From a virus: DNA of 64,000 nucleotides. The notes beneath the pieces are model-generated. The model was given only the letters and a program-made list of their open reading frames with translations, was not told the origin of the DNA and did no database searches. Made by a program: the position numbers and the translations under genes. The DNA lies in IMG/VR virus record IMGVR_UViG_3300033156_000392, positions 9,254 to 73,253 of that record; one strand, given 5' to 3'. This document shows, in pieces, positions 37,993-47,645 of this stretch; the stretch's first letter is position 1, and each line of letters opens with the position of its first letter.

Positions 37993-38619
37993 TTACGACA
38001 CTCTCCCTCTCTTGAGCGTTGACAGAGCAAGCTCCTCCGAGAACTCCTCCATCATTCTCTCCTTCAGCTTCTCCAGTCTCTCTTCTATCTCTCTTCTCTT
38101 CTCTAAGTGTGCGTTGAGCTTCTCGAGAATTGTGTCGGCGTTCTGGAGTGCCTCTATCTGGCCGTGTAGGTAGCCAAGAGATGGTATGTCTGAAGGTTGT
38201 CCGGAACTTCTGTAGCTCCGATAGTTCGCCATTATCCTTTGGTACTCTTCCAAGCACTCTCCGAGTACTTCAAGTTTCCTCTCTCCGGACTCCTTGAGAT
38301 ATTTCAACACTGGTGAGGAGAAGTATTTCAAGTAGATTGGGTACTTATGTCTGTAGTAGAAAATCCCTCTCCCGGGTCTGAGGCTAATCTGCTGGCTCAC
38401 TGTCTTCGTCTCTGTATACATGTTTCCGGCTATCTGATGGAACATTCGTTCTATGTCTTCTCCCAAGTCTTTGTACACCTCTGCTTTCTTCTCCTCTATT
38501 TCCTTCAGGACGTCTTCTCTCTCCTTGACCAGCTCCATCTTCCTCTTCTCTATGAACTCCTCAACCCTCTCTCTGAGAGTTTCAAGCCTCTTGAGCTCCT
38601 CATTCAGCTTCTCATCCAT
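37993..38619 (-). CDS. Array paralogue 5
   Basis: MDEKLNEELKRL...IERMFHQIAGNM...LRPGRGIFY...EEFSEELALSTL. Confidence 0.75.
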   Translation of the reverse strand: MDEKLNEELKRLETLRERVEEFIEKRKMELVKEREDVLKEIEEKKAEVYKDLGEDIERMFHQIAGNMYTETKTVSQQISLRPGRGIFYYRHKYPIYLKYFSSPVLKYLKESGERKLEVLGECLEEYQRIMANYRSYRSSGQPSDIPSLGYLHGQIEALQNADTILEKLNAHLEKRREIEERLEKLKERMMEEFSEELALSTLKRGRVS

Positions 38620-39265
38620 TCTTCTTCCTCCTCAACGAGTACATACTCGCTTCCTCAGAGAATTTCTCCAGCATTTCTCCTCTCAGCTTCTCGATTTCTC
38701 TCTCAATCCTGTCTTTCTCTCTCAGAGCTTCTTCCAGTCTCTCTTTCTCCTCGTCTATCGTCGACAAGTACTCTATCATCTCTATCCCGTGGTAGTCCGG
38801 TCCAGCGTAGTATGGAGGGCTCTCAAAGCTATGATACAGAGCCCGTAGTCCCTCGTACAAGCAGGAGAGTCTGTGTATGTAGAAGCCGAGAGCTCTCACT
38901 CTCTCGTTCTCAGAGCTCATCATACTTCTTCCAGCTCCATCGTCATAGAATATCGGTGCTCTGTGTTTCTTTCTGTGGTAGAAAATTCCTCCGTTCGGTC
39001 TTATCACTAAGTATTCGGAGTTCAGATAGGGCTTCTGTAGAGGTATCTTGATGAGCTTGTTGCTCATCTCTCCAGCTATTCCGTGTATCAGTTCTTCCAT
39101 CTCGTTTGTCGAGGGTGGAGAGAGTTCTTTATATAGCTCTCTCACCCTCATTAGCTCTTCGTGCTTGGAGTTCACGATTGTGTCTATCCTGCTGTATATG
39201 AAGTTTCTCACTCTCACCTTCAGTGTCTTCAGCCTTTCAGCCTCTTTGACAAGCTTAACGTCCAC
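38612..39265 (-). CDS. Array paralogue 4
   Basis: MDVKLVKEAERL...MEELIHGIAGEM...IRPNGGIFY...EKFSEEASMYSL. Confidence 0.75.
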   Translation of the reverse strand: MDVKLVKEAERLKTLKVRVRNFIYSRIDTIVNSKHEELMRVRELYKELSPPSTNEMEELIHGIAGEMSNKLIKIPLQKPYLNSEYLVIRPNGGIFYHRKKHRAPIFYDDGAGRSMMSSENERVRALGFYIHRLSCLYEGLRALYHSFESPPYYAGPDYHGIEMIEYLSTIDEEKERLEEALREKDRIEREIEKLRGEMLEKFSEEASMYSLRRKKNG

Positions 39266-39266
39266 A

Positions 39267-39884
39267 CTATCTCCTCCTCTCCTTCAGGAAGTAGAAGGTG
39301 GCCTCGGTACTCATCTTCTCCAGAAGTCGTCCTATCTCTCTCCAGATTTCTCTGAACGTCTTCTTCTTGAATTTTAGGACTTCTCTTCCGTACTTCAGGT
39401 GACTGTCCAAGCGAGCAATGAAGTACAACCTCTCTCTCTTCTGCTCAGGGACGGCTGGAAGAAGGTTTCTTACCGAGAAATAGGAGTCCAGCAGTCCACG
39501 GACTCTTCCAAGAGTCTTAGCAATCTCTCTTACCTTCTCGTTCTTCGAGTTCAGCATCCCAGCTATCCCAATCAACGAGAGTACGTCGACTCTCAAAATC
39601 TTCTCTCTCTTCTTTCCTCCGTACAGTCCTTTCCCCGGACGTATGACCAATTTTCCACACCGGACTGGCTTCTCTGCTATCTGCCCAAGCAAGCCCTGTA
39701 TGAGGTCCTCCACCTTTAATATCTCAGGATAAGGGTTTGTTTTATCTATTAGCTCTGTGTATTTCTTGAGCTTCCTCATTCTCCTTCTCTCCAGCTTCTC
39801 CATCTCTTTCTCCACAAAGGTAAACATGGCTGTCTCAAGCTTCTCCAGAGACTTAACTCTCGCAAGGAAGTCCTCATCTCTCAC
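39267..39884 (-). CDS. Array paralogue 3
   Basis: DEDFLARVKSL...VEDLIQGLLGQI...IRPGKGLY...EKMSTEATFYFL. Confidence 0.75.
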   Translation of the reverse strand: MRDEDFLARVKSLEKLETAMFTFVEKEMEKLERRRMRKLKKYTELIDKTNPYPEILKVEDLIQGLLGQIAEKPVRCGKLVIRPGKGLYGGKKREKILRVDVLSLIGIAGMLNSKNEKVREIAKTLGRVRGLLDSYFSVRNLLPAVPEQKRERLYFIARLDSHLKYGREVLKFKKKTFREIWREIGRLLEKMSTEATFYFLKERRR

Positions 39885-40503
39885 GTTTCTCCCTCGACAG
39901 CAGATAGAGAGGAAGGTCTTCTGAGAACTCGCTATAGACCTCTCTCTCGATCTCTCTAATCATCTCCTCAATTTTTCTTTTCCTTCTCAGCTTTCTTTTG
40001 AGTTCTCTCAGTACGGTCTTGTGGTTGAGAGCCAAAGACGCTTTCTCCTCCTCCGAAGTATTCTCTATCAACCAGACTCCGTACAGACAGGCATCCAGTT
40101 TCTCGTACAAAGCAGAAATTCTCTCCGAGAAGTCCGCCACCCTTATCGCTCTCTTCTCACCAGTTTCTCTGAGCTTCTTTATGAGCGTCTTAGAGGGGTA
40201 GTACGTAAGCAACATTCCTCCCTCATCCGAGAGTCTGACTCCTCTCCCCGGAACGATGAGTAGACTCAGACCGTTTATCTCTCCAAGATACACAATTTCT
40301 CTCAGGTCGGCAGAGAGAACGTACTGCAGGAAGTCCTCCAAGTTTCTCCTGACTCTCCATAGGTGTCCGTCCAATAGCTCGTGTGCGACTCTCTCTATCT
40401 TTCTAAGCTCTACTCTGTGCTCTCTCAGTATCCTCTTTATTTCAGCTTTCTTCCTGTAGACGTACTCTTCAAAAGTTAGTCCCTTCTCACGCTTCAAAGT
40501 CAT
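39874..40503 (-). CDS. Array paralogue 2
   Basis: LEDFLQYVL...IVPGRGV...SEFSEDLPLYLL. Confidence 0.7.
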   Translation of the reverse strand: MTLKREKGLTFEEYVYRKKAEIKRILREHRVELRKIERVAHELLDGHLWRVRRNLEDFLQYVLSADLREIVYLGEINGLSLLIVPGRGVRLSDEGGMLLTYYPSKTLIKKLRETGEKRAIRVADFSERISALYEKLDACLYGVWLIENTSEEEKASLALNHKTVLRELKRKLRRKRKIEEMIREIEREVYSEFSEDLPLYLLSREKRER

Positions 40504-41170
40504 CCCTCCTTCTGAGAGCGTACATAGAAATCTCTGTGGGGAACTCGCTCGTGAGTTTCTCCACTAGCTTCGCTAGCTCCATTCTCAAGTGTCTCGCTTC
40601 CTCAGCCGCCTTCTCTGCTCTTTCCATCTTGAAGTCTATGAAAGCCAAGAACCAGAGTCGTTCGACTGTGTCAGAGGGTATCTCTGGCACTGAGCCCCTT
40701 ATTTCTCTGTATCCCTGGACGATCTCGAGGAACGTATCCAGTCTCTCTCCCAGTTTTTTCTGCTTCTTGTCCTTACTTCCGTATAGCTCTATGATGACGT
40801 TTGTGATTTCTCTTATCGGAAGAGTCAGCAGAACGTACTTTATTCCCAAGTTTATCCCTACTTCGGGACTCTCTGCCGTCTTCACCATCCTCTCCAGCCG
40901 TATTTTGCCTCTCGTCACCTCTGTCAACAGTTCTCGTAGGAGAGATTCAACAAGACATAGCTCGTCTCCGAGTTTCTCCAAGTCTTTCAGAGTGTCGATG
41001 TACTCTCTCATTTTCTTCTCTCCTTCTTTCAGCATTCTCTCCTTCTCGCTGAGTATGAAGCCTCTCATTCCTCTCTCAAGCCTCTCAAGGGCGACCAGTG
41101 TTTTCATAATACTCCTCTCCGGCATTTGTTCTTTTTTCTCCATTCTACCAGCCACTACTTCAGAAGCCAT
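40487..41170 (-). CDS. Array paralogue 1
   Basis: MKTLVALERLE...VESLLRELL...SPEVGI...SEFPTEISMYAL. Confidence 0.7.
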   Translation of the reverse strand: MASEVVAGRMEKKEQMPERSIMKTLVALERLERGMRGFILSEKERMLKEGEKKMREYIDTLKDLEKLGDELCLVESLLRELLTEVTRGKIRLERMVKTAESPEVGINLGIKYVLLTLPIREITNVIIELYGSKDKKQKKLGERLDTFLEIVQGYREIRGSVPEIPSDTVERLWFLAFIDFKMERAEKAAEEARHLRMELAKLVEKLTSEFPTEISMYALRRRDDFEA

Positions 41171-41700
41171 ATACAGAGCCTCTCTGAGTGCTTCATAACG
41201 AAGTCCTTGAGAATTTCTTCCGCCTCCTCCGCTTTCTCTCTCGTTTCCATCAGCATCTTCGCTAGCTCTCTCTCTATTCTCTTCCTATGTCTATAGAAGC
41301 ACTCATAAGAGGTTGGGTCCTCCGGGTTAATAAATCTCTCTCCTCTCTTTATTCGGAGTTTAGAGTCTATAATGAGGGTAAATTCACTATTTAGTCGTTT
41401 CTCTCTCTTCTTTAGAGTAAATATCTTGTTTATTTTTCTGTATATGGAAAATAGTCCCTTTATGACCTCTATTTTGTCTTTACTGAGAGAATATATATCT
41501 ATTCGTTCGCCTTCCCAAGTGTAGATGCCGTTTCTCCTAAGTAGCACCTCTCTCTCCAGCTCACTCTCTATCAACTTGAGTACTTTGGCTACTATATTCC
41601 TGTGTGCTCTTCTCCAGATGCCCTCCACGTACAGGTGGAGCTCGCTCAGATGTTGGTAGACGCTCCATTCTCTCAACCAGAAGGCTTCTTCTCTTCTCAC
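41155..41700 (-). CDS. Probable divergent array member
   Basis: LRRNGIY...RIDI as in paralogues 6 and 8; ends KHSERLCIWLLK. Confidence 0.6.
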   Translation of the reverse strand: MRREEAFWLREWSVYQHLSELHLYVEGIWRRAHRNIVAKVLKLIESELEREVLLRRNGIYTWEGERIDIYSLSKDKIEVIKGLFSIYRKINKIFTLKKREKRLNSEFTLIIDSKLRIKRGERFINPEDPTSYECFYRHRKRIERELAKMLMETREKAEEAEEILKDFVMKHSERLCIWLLK

Positions 41701-41710
41701 ACAATCTCAC

Positions 41711-42100
41711 CTATCTTCTTTTCAGGAGCTTCCAGAGTCCAAGCTTCCCTATGAAGGTCCAGTACTTTTCTCTCCCCAAGAATCTCTCTCCCCATCTCTC
41801 GGAGAAGGCTTTGGGGCAGTCTATGACGTGCTTCGGGAGAGTTTCTATGATGTATTTCTTCAGTTTCTCCTCGCTCTCGAAGCTCAAGTAGAAGCTCTTG
41901 TCTTTTCCGGCTACTCTGACTATCTCTGCTTTCTTGTCCAGAGCACCTCTCAGTATCTCTGACGCTATCGAAGGGTCTATGGACTTGAAGGGGAAGCTGA
42001 GTATCCTCCACTCTCCCTCGTAGGCTCTGTGAACCCAGAGAGCCTCTCTCCACGTGGGGAGGAGTCCCTCTATGTAGCACAGCAGTTTCTTCCTACTCAT
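41711..42100 (-). CDS. Hypothetical protein
   Basis: Follows a palindrome; ends KLGLWKLLKRR. Confidence 0.55.
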   Translation of the reverse strand: MSRKKLLCYIEGLLPTWREALWVHRAYEGEWRILSFPFKSIDPSIASEILRGALDKKAEIVRVAGKDKSFYLSFESEEKLKKYIIETLPKHVIDCPKAFSERWGERFLGREKYWTFIGKLGLWKLLKRR

Positions 42101-42122
42101 ACTTCTTCCTCGCTCTGTAATC

Positions 42123-42143
42123 CTAAAATAATCATTATTTTAG
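42123..42143. repeat. 21-bp perfect palindrome
   Basis: CTAAAATAAT-C-ATTATTTTAG. Confidence 0.9.
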
Positions 42144-42147
42144 CTCT

Positions 42148-42519
42148 CTACTGCTGGCTCGCTCCCTCTGACAGGATCTCAATCGCTATGTTCTGGTATA
42201 TCTCGTCCCAGTCCTCATCAGTCATTCCAAGCACTGTTTTGCTCTCTCTTATGAACTTCTTCGTGTACTTCTTCATATATTTGGAGAGGTACTTGATGAA
42301 CTCTATCATTTTCTTTCTCCTCTTGAATATGAAGAATATGTACGATTTCTTCACAAGCGGAATTTCTATTTCTCCCCTCAGTGCTATTCCTCTCTTCACT
42401 ATCTCCGTAAGCGTCTCACTCCTAAAGCCGTACGCTTTGAAAAACACTCCGTTAAAGCCGGAATTGTACCACAAGAGAGTCCCGAATATCTTCATTTCTC
42501 CTATCACTTTGTCCACCAT
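42148..42519 (-). CDS. Hypothetical protein, paralogue of 42562..42936
   Basis: LTEIVKRG, F.R..K..EF..YLS, LG...E shared; flanked on both sides by palindromes. Confidence 0.7.
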   Translation of the reverse strand: MVDKVIGEMKIFGTLLWYNSGFNGVFFKAYGFRSETLTEIVKRGIALRGEIEIPLVKKSYIFFIFKRRKKMIEFIKYLSKYMKKYTKKFIRESKTVLGMTDEDWDEIYQNIAIEILSEGASQQ

Positions 42520-42538
42520 CTCACCTCTCTTTCTTTTG

Positions 42539-42559
42539 CTAAAATAACAGTTATTTTAG
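42539..42559. repeat. 21-bp perfect palindrome
   Basis: CTAAAATAAC-A-GTTATTTTAG. Confidence 0.9.
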
Positions 42560-42561
42560 GA

Positions 42562-42936
42562 CTACTGAGTCCTCTCAGCAAGCCTGTTTACGACGACGTT
42601 GCTCTCTATAGTCTGGTACTCCTCCTCACTCAGTCCAAGTTTCTCTCTTCCTTCGAGTCTGAACTTCCTCGTAAGACTCCTCAGAACGGTGCTGAGGTAG
42701 AGGAGAAACTCTCTCAATTTCTCCATACGTTGAAACCGGAGAACCAGCGTCGCTCTCGACTTAGACCGAAACGCTGACGTGAACAGCAGGAGAGTCGCTC
42801 CTCTCTCCACACCCTCTTTCACTATGTCCGTGAGAGCCTGTGCCGGAAGGGTGTCTGCTCTGAAACTTATGTCTCTCTCCATCTCGAACCAGACCGGAAT
42901 CTTCTTCTCGGTCATTCTGCCTATCATCAGAGTCAT
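42562..42936 (-). CDS. Hypothetical protein, paralogue of 42148..42519
   Basis: LTDIVKEG...FQRMEKLREFLLYLS...LGLSEEEY; start taken at ATG 42936. Confidence 0.7.
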   Translation of the reverse strand: MTLMIGRMTEKKIPVWFEMERDISFRADTLPAQALTDIVKEGVERGATLLLFTSAFRSKSRATLVLRFQRMEKLREFLLYLSTVLRSLTRKFRLEGREKLGLSEEEYQTIESNVVVNRLAERTQ

Positions 42937-42955
42937 ATGCTCGCCTCTCTCTTCC

Positions 42956-44215
42956 TCACTCTTCCTTCCGTATTCTGGTAGTTCTCCCAAATGGTACTTC
43001 TTCCTCTGCCTTACCGTCTGGTGTCAGTATCCAGAGTGTCTCGTGTCTTCCTCTCCTCTCTGGGAAGTCTCCGTACCCGTCGGTGAAGTAAATCAGCAGT
43101 TTCGCTCTCTTCTTATGCTCTCTTATCCACTCGAAGACTGGTCTGAAGTCCGTCCCACCGTATCCAGTCCTCTTGAAGACTCTCTTTCTGGAGACCTTCT
43201 CAAGAGGTTCTGCCATCTTGATGCTGGCGTCGCACTCTATGTATGTCCCTCTCAGTGTGTCTCTGTGTATGTCGAATATTCTCCTAATCTCTCCCATAAA
43301 CTGAGAGTAGTCCTCGTCAGATATTGACCCAGACGTGTCCACCGCTATCACTATGTCTATCTTCTCCTTGAGTACTGATGGGAAGTATGTCCCGAGTGTC
43401 TGAGAACGTTTGTGCGGTCTTCGCCAAGTGTAGTCTTTTGGTATCTCTTTCGTGATGTATCTCCATAGCATCTGCTTCCACCCAAGTTTAGACGGTAGTA
43501 TCTTGTCTATCAGTTTCTGTAGTCCTGCTGGCAGTTTTCCCTGTACCTTAGCGAATGTGGCGGCCTTGATGGTGATGTCCTTCCAGAACTCTCCTATGTC
43601 CGTCTCCGGATGTTTAAAAGGCTCTTCGTTGCCTCCGGAGCCCTTCTCGTCCTTCTTTCCCTCGTTGTCTTCTCCCTCTTCGCCATAGAACCCTTCTTTC
43701 TTGTCGTTGTGGGTGTCGAACTGCTTCTGGAGTATTCCCTTTCCTTCTCTGTCTCCCTTTCCGTCTCCACCACTTCCAGAGACGGGTATGTGTATCTTCT
43801 TTGCGTTCTTCATCAAGTAGTCGTAGACCGCCTCTACCACCTTGCCTCTGAACGTCTCCAGCGGCTGTATTGCGAAGTCTGGCACTGGACTCCCAGACTC
43901 GTAGAGCATAGTGTTCACGACGTAGTCTCCCGCTATATTCCAGACGACTGGCTCTCTCCCCTGTCTCCTCAACAAGTGCTCAAGTATCAGATGGAGTATC
44001 TCGTGCTTTATGACGAACTGTAGTTCTATGTCTCCCAGCTTCTTCACGAAGTCTGGATTGTACGGTACGTTTCCGTATCTGTCTACTCCCATCGTCGGTA
44101 TCTTCTTGTTCTCTCTGAACTTCAGGTATGTGGCTATGTAGGAGAAGAACGGCTCTTCTTCCTGTAGGAGAACTATGGCTCTCGTTATTCTCTCTCTTGG
44201 AGTCAGTTGAAACAC
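42956..44215 (-). CDS. DUF2201-type HExxH metallopeptidase-like + vWA domain protein
   Basis: TMGVD, HEILH, WNIAGD..VN; vWA MIDAS DTSGS, GGTDF, YFTDG. Confidence 0.9.
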   Translation of the reverse strand: MFQLTPRERITRAIVLLQEEEPFFSYIATYLKFRENKKIPTMGVDRYGNVPYNPDFVKKLGDIELQFVIKHEILHLILEHLLRRQGREPVVWNIAGDYVVNTMLYESGSPVPDFAIQPLETFRGKVVEAVYDYLMKNAKKIHIPVSGSGGDGKGDREGKGILQKQFDTHNDKKEGFYGEEGEDNEGKKDEKGSGGNEEPFKHPETDIGEFWKDITIKAATFAKVQGKLPAGLQKLIDKILPSKLGWKQMLWRYITKEIPKDYTWRRPHKRSQTLGTYFPSVLKEKIDIVIAVDTSGSISDEDYSQFMGEIRRIFDIHRDTLRGTYIECDASIKMAEPLEKVSRKRVFKRTGYGGTDFRPVFEWIREHKKRAKLLIYFTDGYGDFPERRGRHETLWILTPDGKAEEEVPFGRTTRIRKEE

Positions 44216-44292
44216 TTTCTACCACCTCCTTATCTTTCTCTCTCAAACTATGTATGGGGATCGCTAATAAAGTGTATGGGAGAGAGACGTTC

Positions 44293-45027
44293 TTACTTGT
44301 CTCTCTCCAGAAGTTTCACGGAGACGTATGGTGCGGCTATCATATAGGCCGCCCTCACTCTTTCCTCTAAGTCGTCTCTGAACTTCCTGAACTCCTCTAC
44401 TCTCTTTCTGACTTCCTGTCTGATGAACTCCTCGTGTATGTAGAAGAGAGTCAGAGAGTCGAGGTCGCTGTAGAGTCGTGTCCTTATACCGTAAAGTTTG
44501 CTCTGAACCTCTATGCTTGTGTACGGAAACGCTATCCACAGTTCGACTGTCTCTGTCTCCACTGTATACTTCGTCTTCCACTCCACGCCCTTCACTTGCT
44601 TCAGACACTCTATCAGAGTCTTCAGCATTTCCTTCTTTGTGGGTCTGACGTTCGCTCTCGCTTCCTCTGTCTGGAGAAGGTCTATGAACTTCTCTATCTT
44701 ATATGACCTCGCATAGACGCTGTCGTCGTATACCTTGAACTCAAACACACTCCCTCGCCCACTGTTGTAGTACCCTTTGTAGACGAGTCCCGTGTTCGTT
44801 ATGGCGACGTCGTCAAGGTCTGCTCTCTTCCTCATCAGCCCTCTCGACAGTGTTCTTATCAGTTTCTCGTAGTTTGTACAGAGAGTATGTACGTCTTGGG
44901 AAATCTTCGTCACCTCTTTGTCCACCTCGCTCTTCCACTCCGTCAGTTCGTCTCTGAGTTCGTCTACCTCTCTCCAGAACTCGAAGTTCTGGGGCTGTGT
45001 GTACTCCTGCTCAGGCATCTCCACCAC
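44293..45027 (-). CDS. Coiled-coil protein between AAA+ and vWA genes, possible distant array member
   Basis: Helical termini; YEKLIRTL...ITNTGL; ends PYVSVKLLERDK. Confidence 0.6.
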   Translation of the reverse strand: MVEMPEQEYTQPQNFEFWREVDELRDELTEWKSEVDKEVTKISQDVHTLCTNYEKLIRTLSRGLMRKRADLDDVAITNTGLVYKGYYNSGRGSVFEFKVYDDSVYARSYKIEKFIDLLQTEEARANVRPTKKEMLKTLIECLKQVKGVEWKTKYTVETETVELWIAFPYTSIEVQSKLYGIRTRLYSDLDSLTLFYIHEEFIRQEVRKRVEEFRKFRDDLEERVRAAYMIAAPYVSVKLLERDK

Positions 45028-45033
45028 TCTGTC

Positions 45034-46131
45034 TCAGAAGGTGTACTTGACTATCGTCTTTGAAATCTCCTTCCACTCCGGTATCTTTGCTGAGACTCTC
45101 CGTACGTACTTCTGGTGTCTGAGTACCAAGTTTCTCATCAGGACTATTCCGAACTCTGGTTTTTCCCACGCTGTCTCTGTCAACTGTGCTATCTTACAGT
45201 ATGCTCTGAAGAACTTCTCGTCCTCTTTGAAGAAGTGTATCAGAGCAGATGTCAGAGCCCATCTCTCGTTGAGAGCAGTTATGTCTCTCACTCTGTTGGG
45301 GTCTCTCACGAAGTCCTCCACCTTGTACTTCTTGACCAGTCGTGAGAACTCTATGAACTCCTTCGCTATGCCGTTGCCCACCGATGACGCCACGAGTATC
45401 TCTATCTCTTTCTCGTCCTCTACGTCAGAGATTAGTTTAGAGGCTCTCCACCAACTCCTCGGAGTCGGGAAGGCTCTCTCCTCAGTGTTCTCTTCCAACT
45501 TGAAGAGATAGTCTGCTCTGAAGTTCAGAAATGCCTGTATCCTGTGGTCTACACCGTTCTTCATAGCCCACCGTGTCCAGATGTTTATGTGTGGCACTCT
45601 GAGTTCAACCCAGTCAAATCTGTTCTCAAGTGGCTTGGCCATCTCGAAGGTGTGTGCTCTGTCTTCCTCTTTGTTTCCAGCACCTATCACCACGTATCCC
45701 TCTGGGAGTACGTAGTCTCCGAGTTGTCTGTCCAGAATCAACTGGTAGCACGCACTCTGTATGCTCGGTGGGGCTAAGTTTATCTCGTCTAAGAAGATAA
45801 TCCCTGCCCCTGTCTTTGGGAACCAAGATGGGGGTATCCACTTGGTTATTCCACCGTGTCCGTTCTCCATTATCTTAGGCAGTCCGAGAAGGTCGCTTGG
45901 CTCTAACTGAGAAACTCTCCTGTCTATAAGGCAGAAGTGCTTCTCAGAGTTTATGTCCTCTGGTCGCTCTGAGTACTCGAGTTTCATAGACTCCGCTATC
46001 TCTTTGGCAGTCTTCCTGACTGTGTCCGACTTGCCTATCCCTGTCCTCCCCTGTATACAGAGAGGTATCCTCTTCTCATAGTGTCTCCGTATGACTCTCT
46101 CGAGTTCTTCGTGGTTCACTTCTCTCACCAT
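45034..46131 (-). CDS. MoxR/dynein-related AAA+ ATPase
   Basis: Walker A GRTGIGKS, Walker B IIFLDE, AGN sensor, L.NRF Arg finger, FPTPRSW. Confidence 0.92.
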   Translation of the reverse strand: MVREVNHEELERVIRRHYEKRIPLCIQGRTGIGKSDTVRKTAKEIAESMKLEYSERPEDINSEKHFCLIDRRVSQLEPSDLLGLPKIMENGHGGITKWIPPSWFPKTGAGIIFLDEINLAPPSIQSACYQLILDRQLGDYVLPEGYVVIGAGNKEEDRAHTFEMAKPLENRFDWVELRVPHINIWTRWAMKNGVDHRIQAFLNFRADYLFKLEENTEERAFPTPRSWWRASKLISDVEDEKEIEILVASSVGNGIAKEFIEFSRLVKKYKVEDFVRDPNRVRDITALNERWALTSALIHFFKEDEKFFRAYCKIAQLTETAWEKPEFGIVLMRNLVLRHQKYVRRVSAKIPEWKEISKTIVKYTF

Positions 46132-46548
46132 TTCACATCACCTCACTTTCTTTCTCCTCCTTCTTGTATGCCCGTATCATCGAGGCTGTGCCTCTCTATG
46201 GCCGTGAAGTCTACTCGTTCTTATCCTCTCCCTACTCTGCTGTACTCTCTCCAGCACTCCAAGTGTGTCATAGGTAACTCTCTTCTCTCGTACTTGAAGG
46301 TGTCTCTCCGGACTCTCCCTCTGTCTATGACCACCACTCTGTCGCCTTCCTTGAGTCTTCCTCCACATACGGGACAACGTATATCTCCCAAACTCATCAC
46401 TCTCCTTTCTACTCTCGTTTAAATGTGTGCTCACCAGTCATCGGTCTTAGCACACTTTGAGCAGTAGTTTCCGTATCTCTCTTTCTCGTACTCCGTCAAG
46501 TGCTCTCCACAAGTCAGACATTTTTTCACCTTTCCACCTCTTTCTCTC

Positions 46549-46809
46549 TCAGTCTATTATTTTGATGTCTTTCTCCCACTCTCTCACGAGTTCTTCGACC
46601 GACTTGTTCTCTCCAAAAAACTCTGGATATTTCTTAATCTGTTCGATGATGGAAGTCGTCTTAGGCTTCTCTTCCGTCTCTATGTGGACGTTCGCTGGGA
46701 CTTTGTATTTCAGCGTTCCAGTGTCATCAACTACTGGGACTGTTTTCTCTTTGTCGATGTAAGGGAGTTCTTCGTACTCTCTACAGGAGATTAGTTTCCA
46801 TTCCGTCAC
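46549..46809 (-). CDS. Hypothetical protein sharing an N-terminal module with 47951..48706
   Basis: EW..I..REY..L.......P.VD..G.L...VPA. Confidence 0.6.
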   Translation of the reverse strand: MTEWKLISCREYEELPYIDKEKTVPVVDDTGTLKYKVPANVHIETEEKPKTTSIIEQIKKYPEFFGENKSVEELVREWEKDIKIID

Positions 46810-47074
46810 TTCTTCTTCACCTCCTATCTCTTTCTTTGTATGTCATTGAGGCTATGCCTCTCCATACTCGTGATGCTTCAGTCTGCTCTTCAGTATTCTC
46901 TCGGTCTGCTTCATATACTCCAGACGCCTGAGAACCCGCTTCTTCTTCTCTCTCAGTTTCTCCACTATGTCGTCAATCACTTCTACGAGTCTCTCTGCGT
47001 TCTTCTTGTACTCTTCTATGCTCTCCAGAACAGACTCTATTGTTTCTCTCTCCTTCTTGTTCAGAGAATCACCA

Positions 47075-47239
47075 CTACAAGCCACAAGCCTTTCTGAATC
47101 TCTCTTCGTCGAAGTTCGGGTTGTCGTAGGCGAAGAGATTGCTGAAGGCTCTAACTGCTCTCTCCTTGACACTCTGTACGTCTATCGTCTTCAGAATCTC
47201 TGCCACCTGCTTGTAGTGTCTCCTTTGGAAGTCAGGCAT
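47075..47239 (-). CDS. 54-aa small viral protein (not in ORF track)
   Basis: GAGGTGA RBS; MPDFQRRHYKQVAEIL...DNPNFDEERFRKACGL. Confidence 0.65.
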   Translation of the reverse strand: MPDFQRRHYKQVAEILKTIDVQSVKERAVRAFSNLFAYDNPNFDEERFRKACGL

Positions 47240-47439
47240 TTGCTCTCACCTCTCTTTATTTTCTATTCACAGGGTCTATCTTGTATATCTTCCTGAGCCT
47301 GTGTAGGAGTTGCTTCTCATTCCTTGCGTGTATCTCTCCCACTTTGTTTCCTCTGTCCCATATCTCCACGTCTCTAAGGCTCAGGCAGACCAACACGTAG
47401 TTTCTCACGGTTTCACCTCTCTCTTCCTCTCTCCGGATC

Positions 47440-47613
47440 TCACTCCATCGCTATCTCCAGCAGGAGAGTGATGAGCGTCCCTGCCACAACTCCTCTCAAG
47501 AGGGCTGTGGGGCTCTCTCTCCAGCCGAGCACAAGTTGTATTCCCAGCACCAAGACCAGAGCCGCCACCAGTAGCACCGTCTCTCTAAGAGTCGGTTTCT
47601 CTCTCTTTTTCAT
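47440..47613 (-). CDS. 57-aa two-TM membrane protein (not in ORF track)
   Basis: MKKREKPTLRETVLLVAALVLVLGIQLVLG...; follows a palindrome. Confidence 0.55.
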   Translation of the reverse strand: MKKREKPTLRETVLLVAALVLVLGIQLVLGWRESPTALLRGVVAGTLITLLLEIAME

Positions 47614-47624
47614 ATCTCTATCTC

Positions 47625-47645
47625 CTAAAATAACTGTTTCTTTAC
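47625..47645. repeat. 21-bp palindrome copy
   Basis: CTAAAATAACTGTTTCTTTAC. Confidence 0.75.

Noticed and set aside
35576-41700. Paralogue array as a diversity-generating retroelement or shufflon
   Set aside because: No reverse transcriptase or recombinase seen and no near-identical DNA repeats; similarity is at protein level only
43620-43780. G/E/K/D-rich low-complexity stretch in the vWA gene
   Set aside because: Usual linker between peptidase-like and vWA domains in this family
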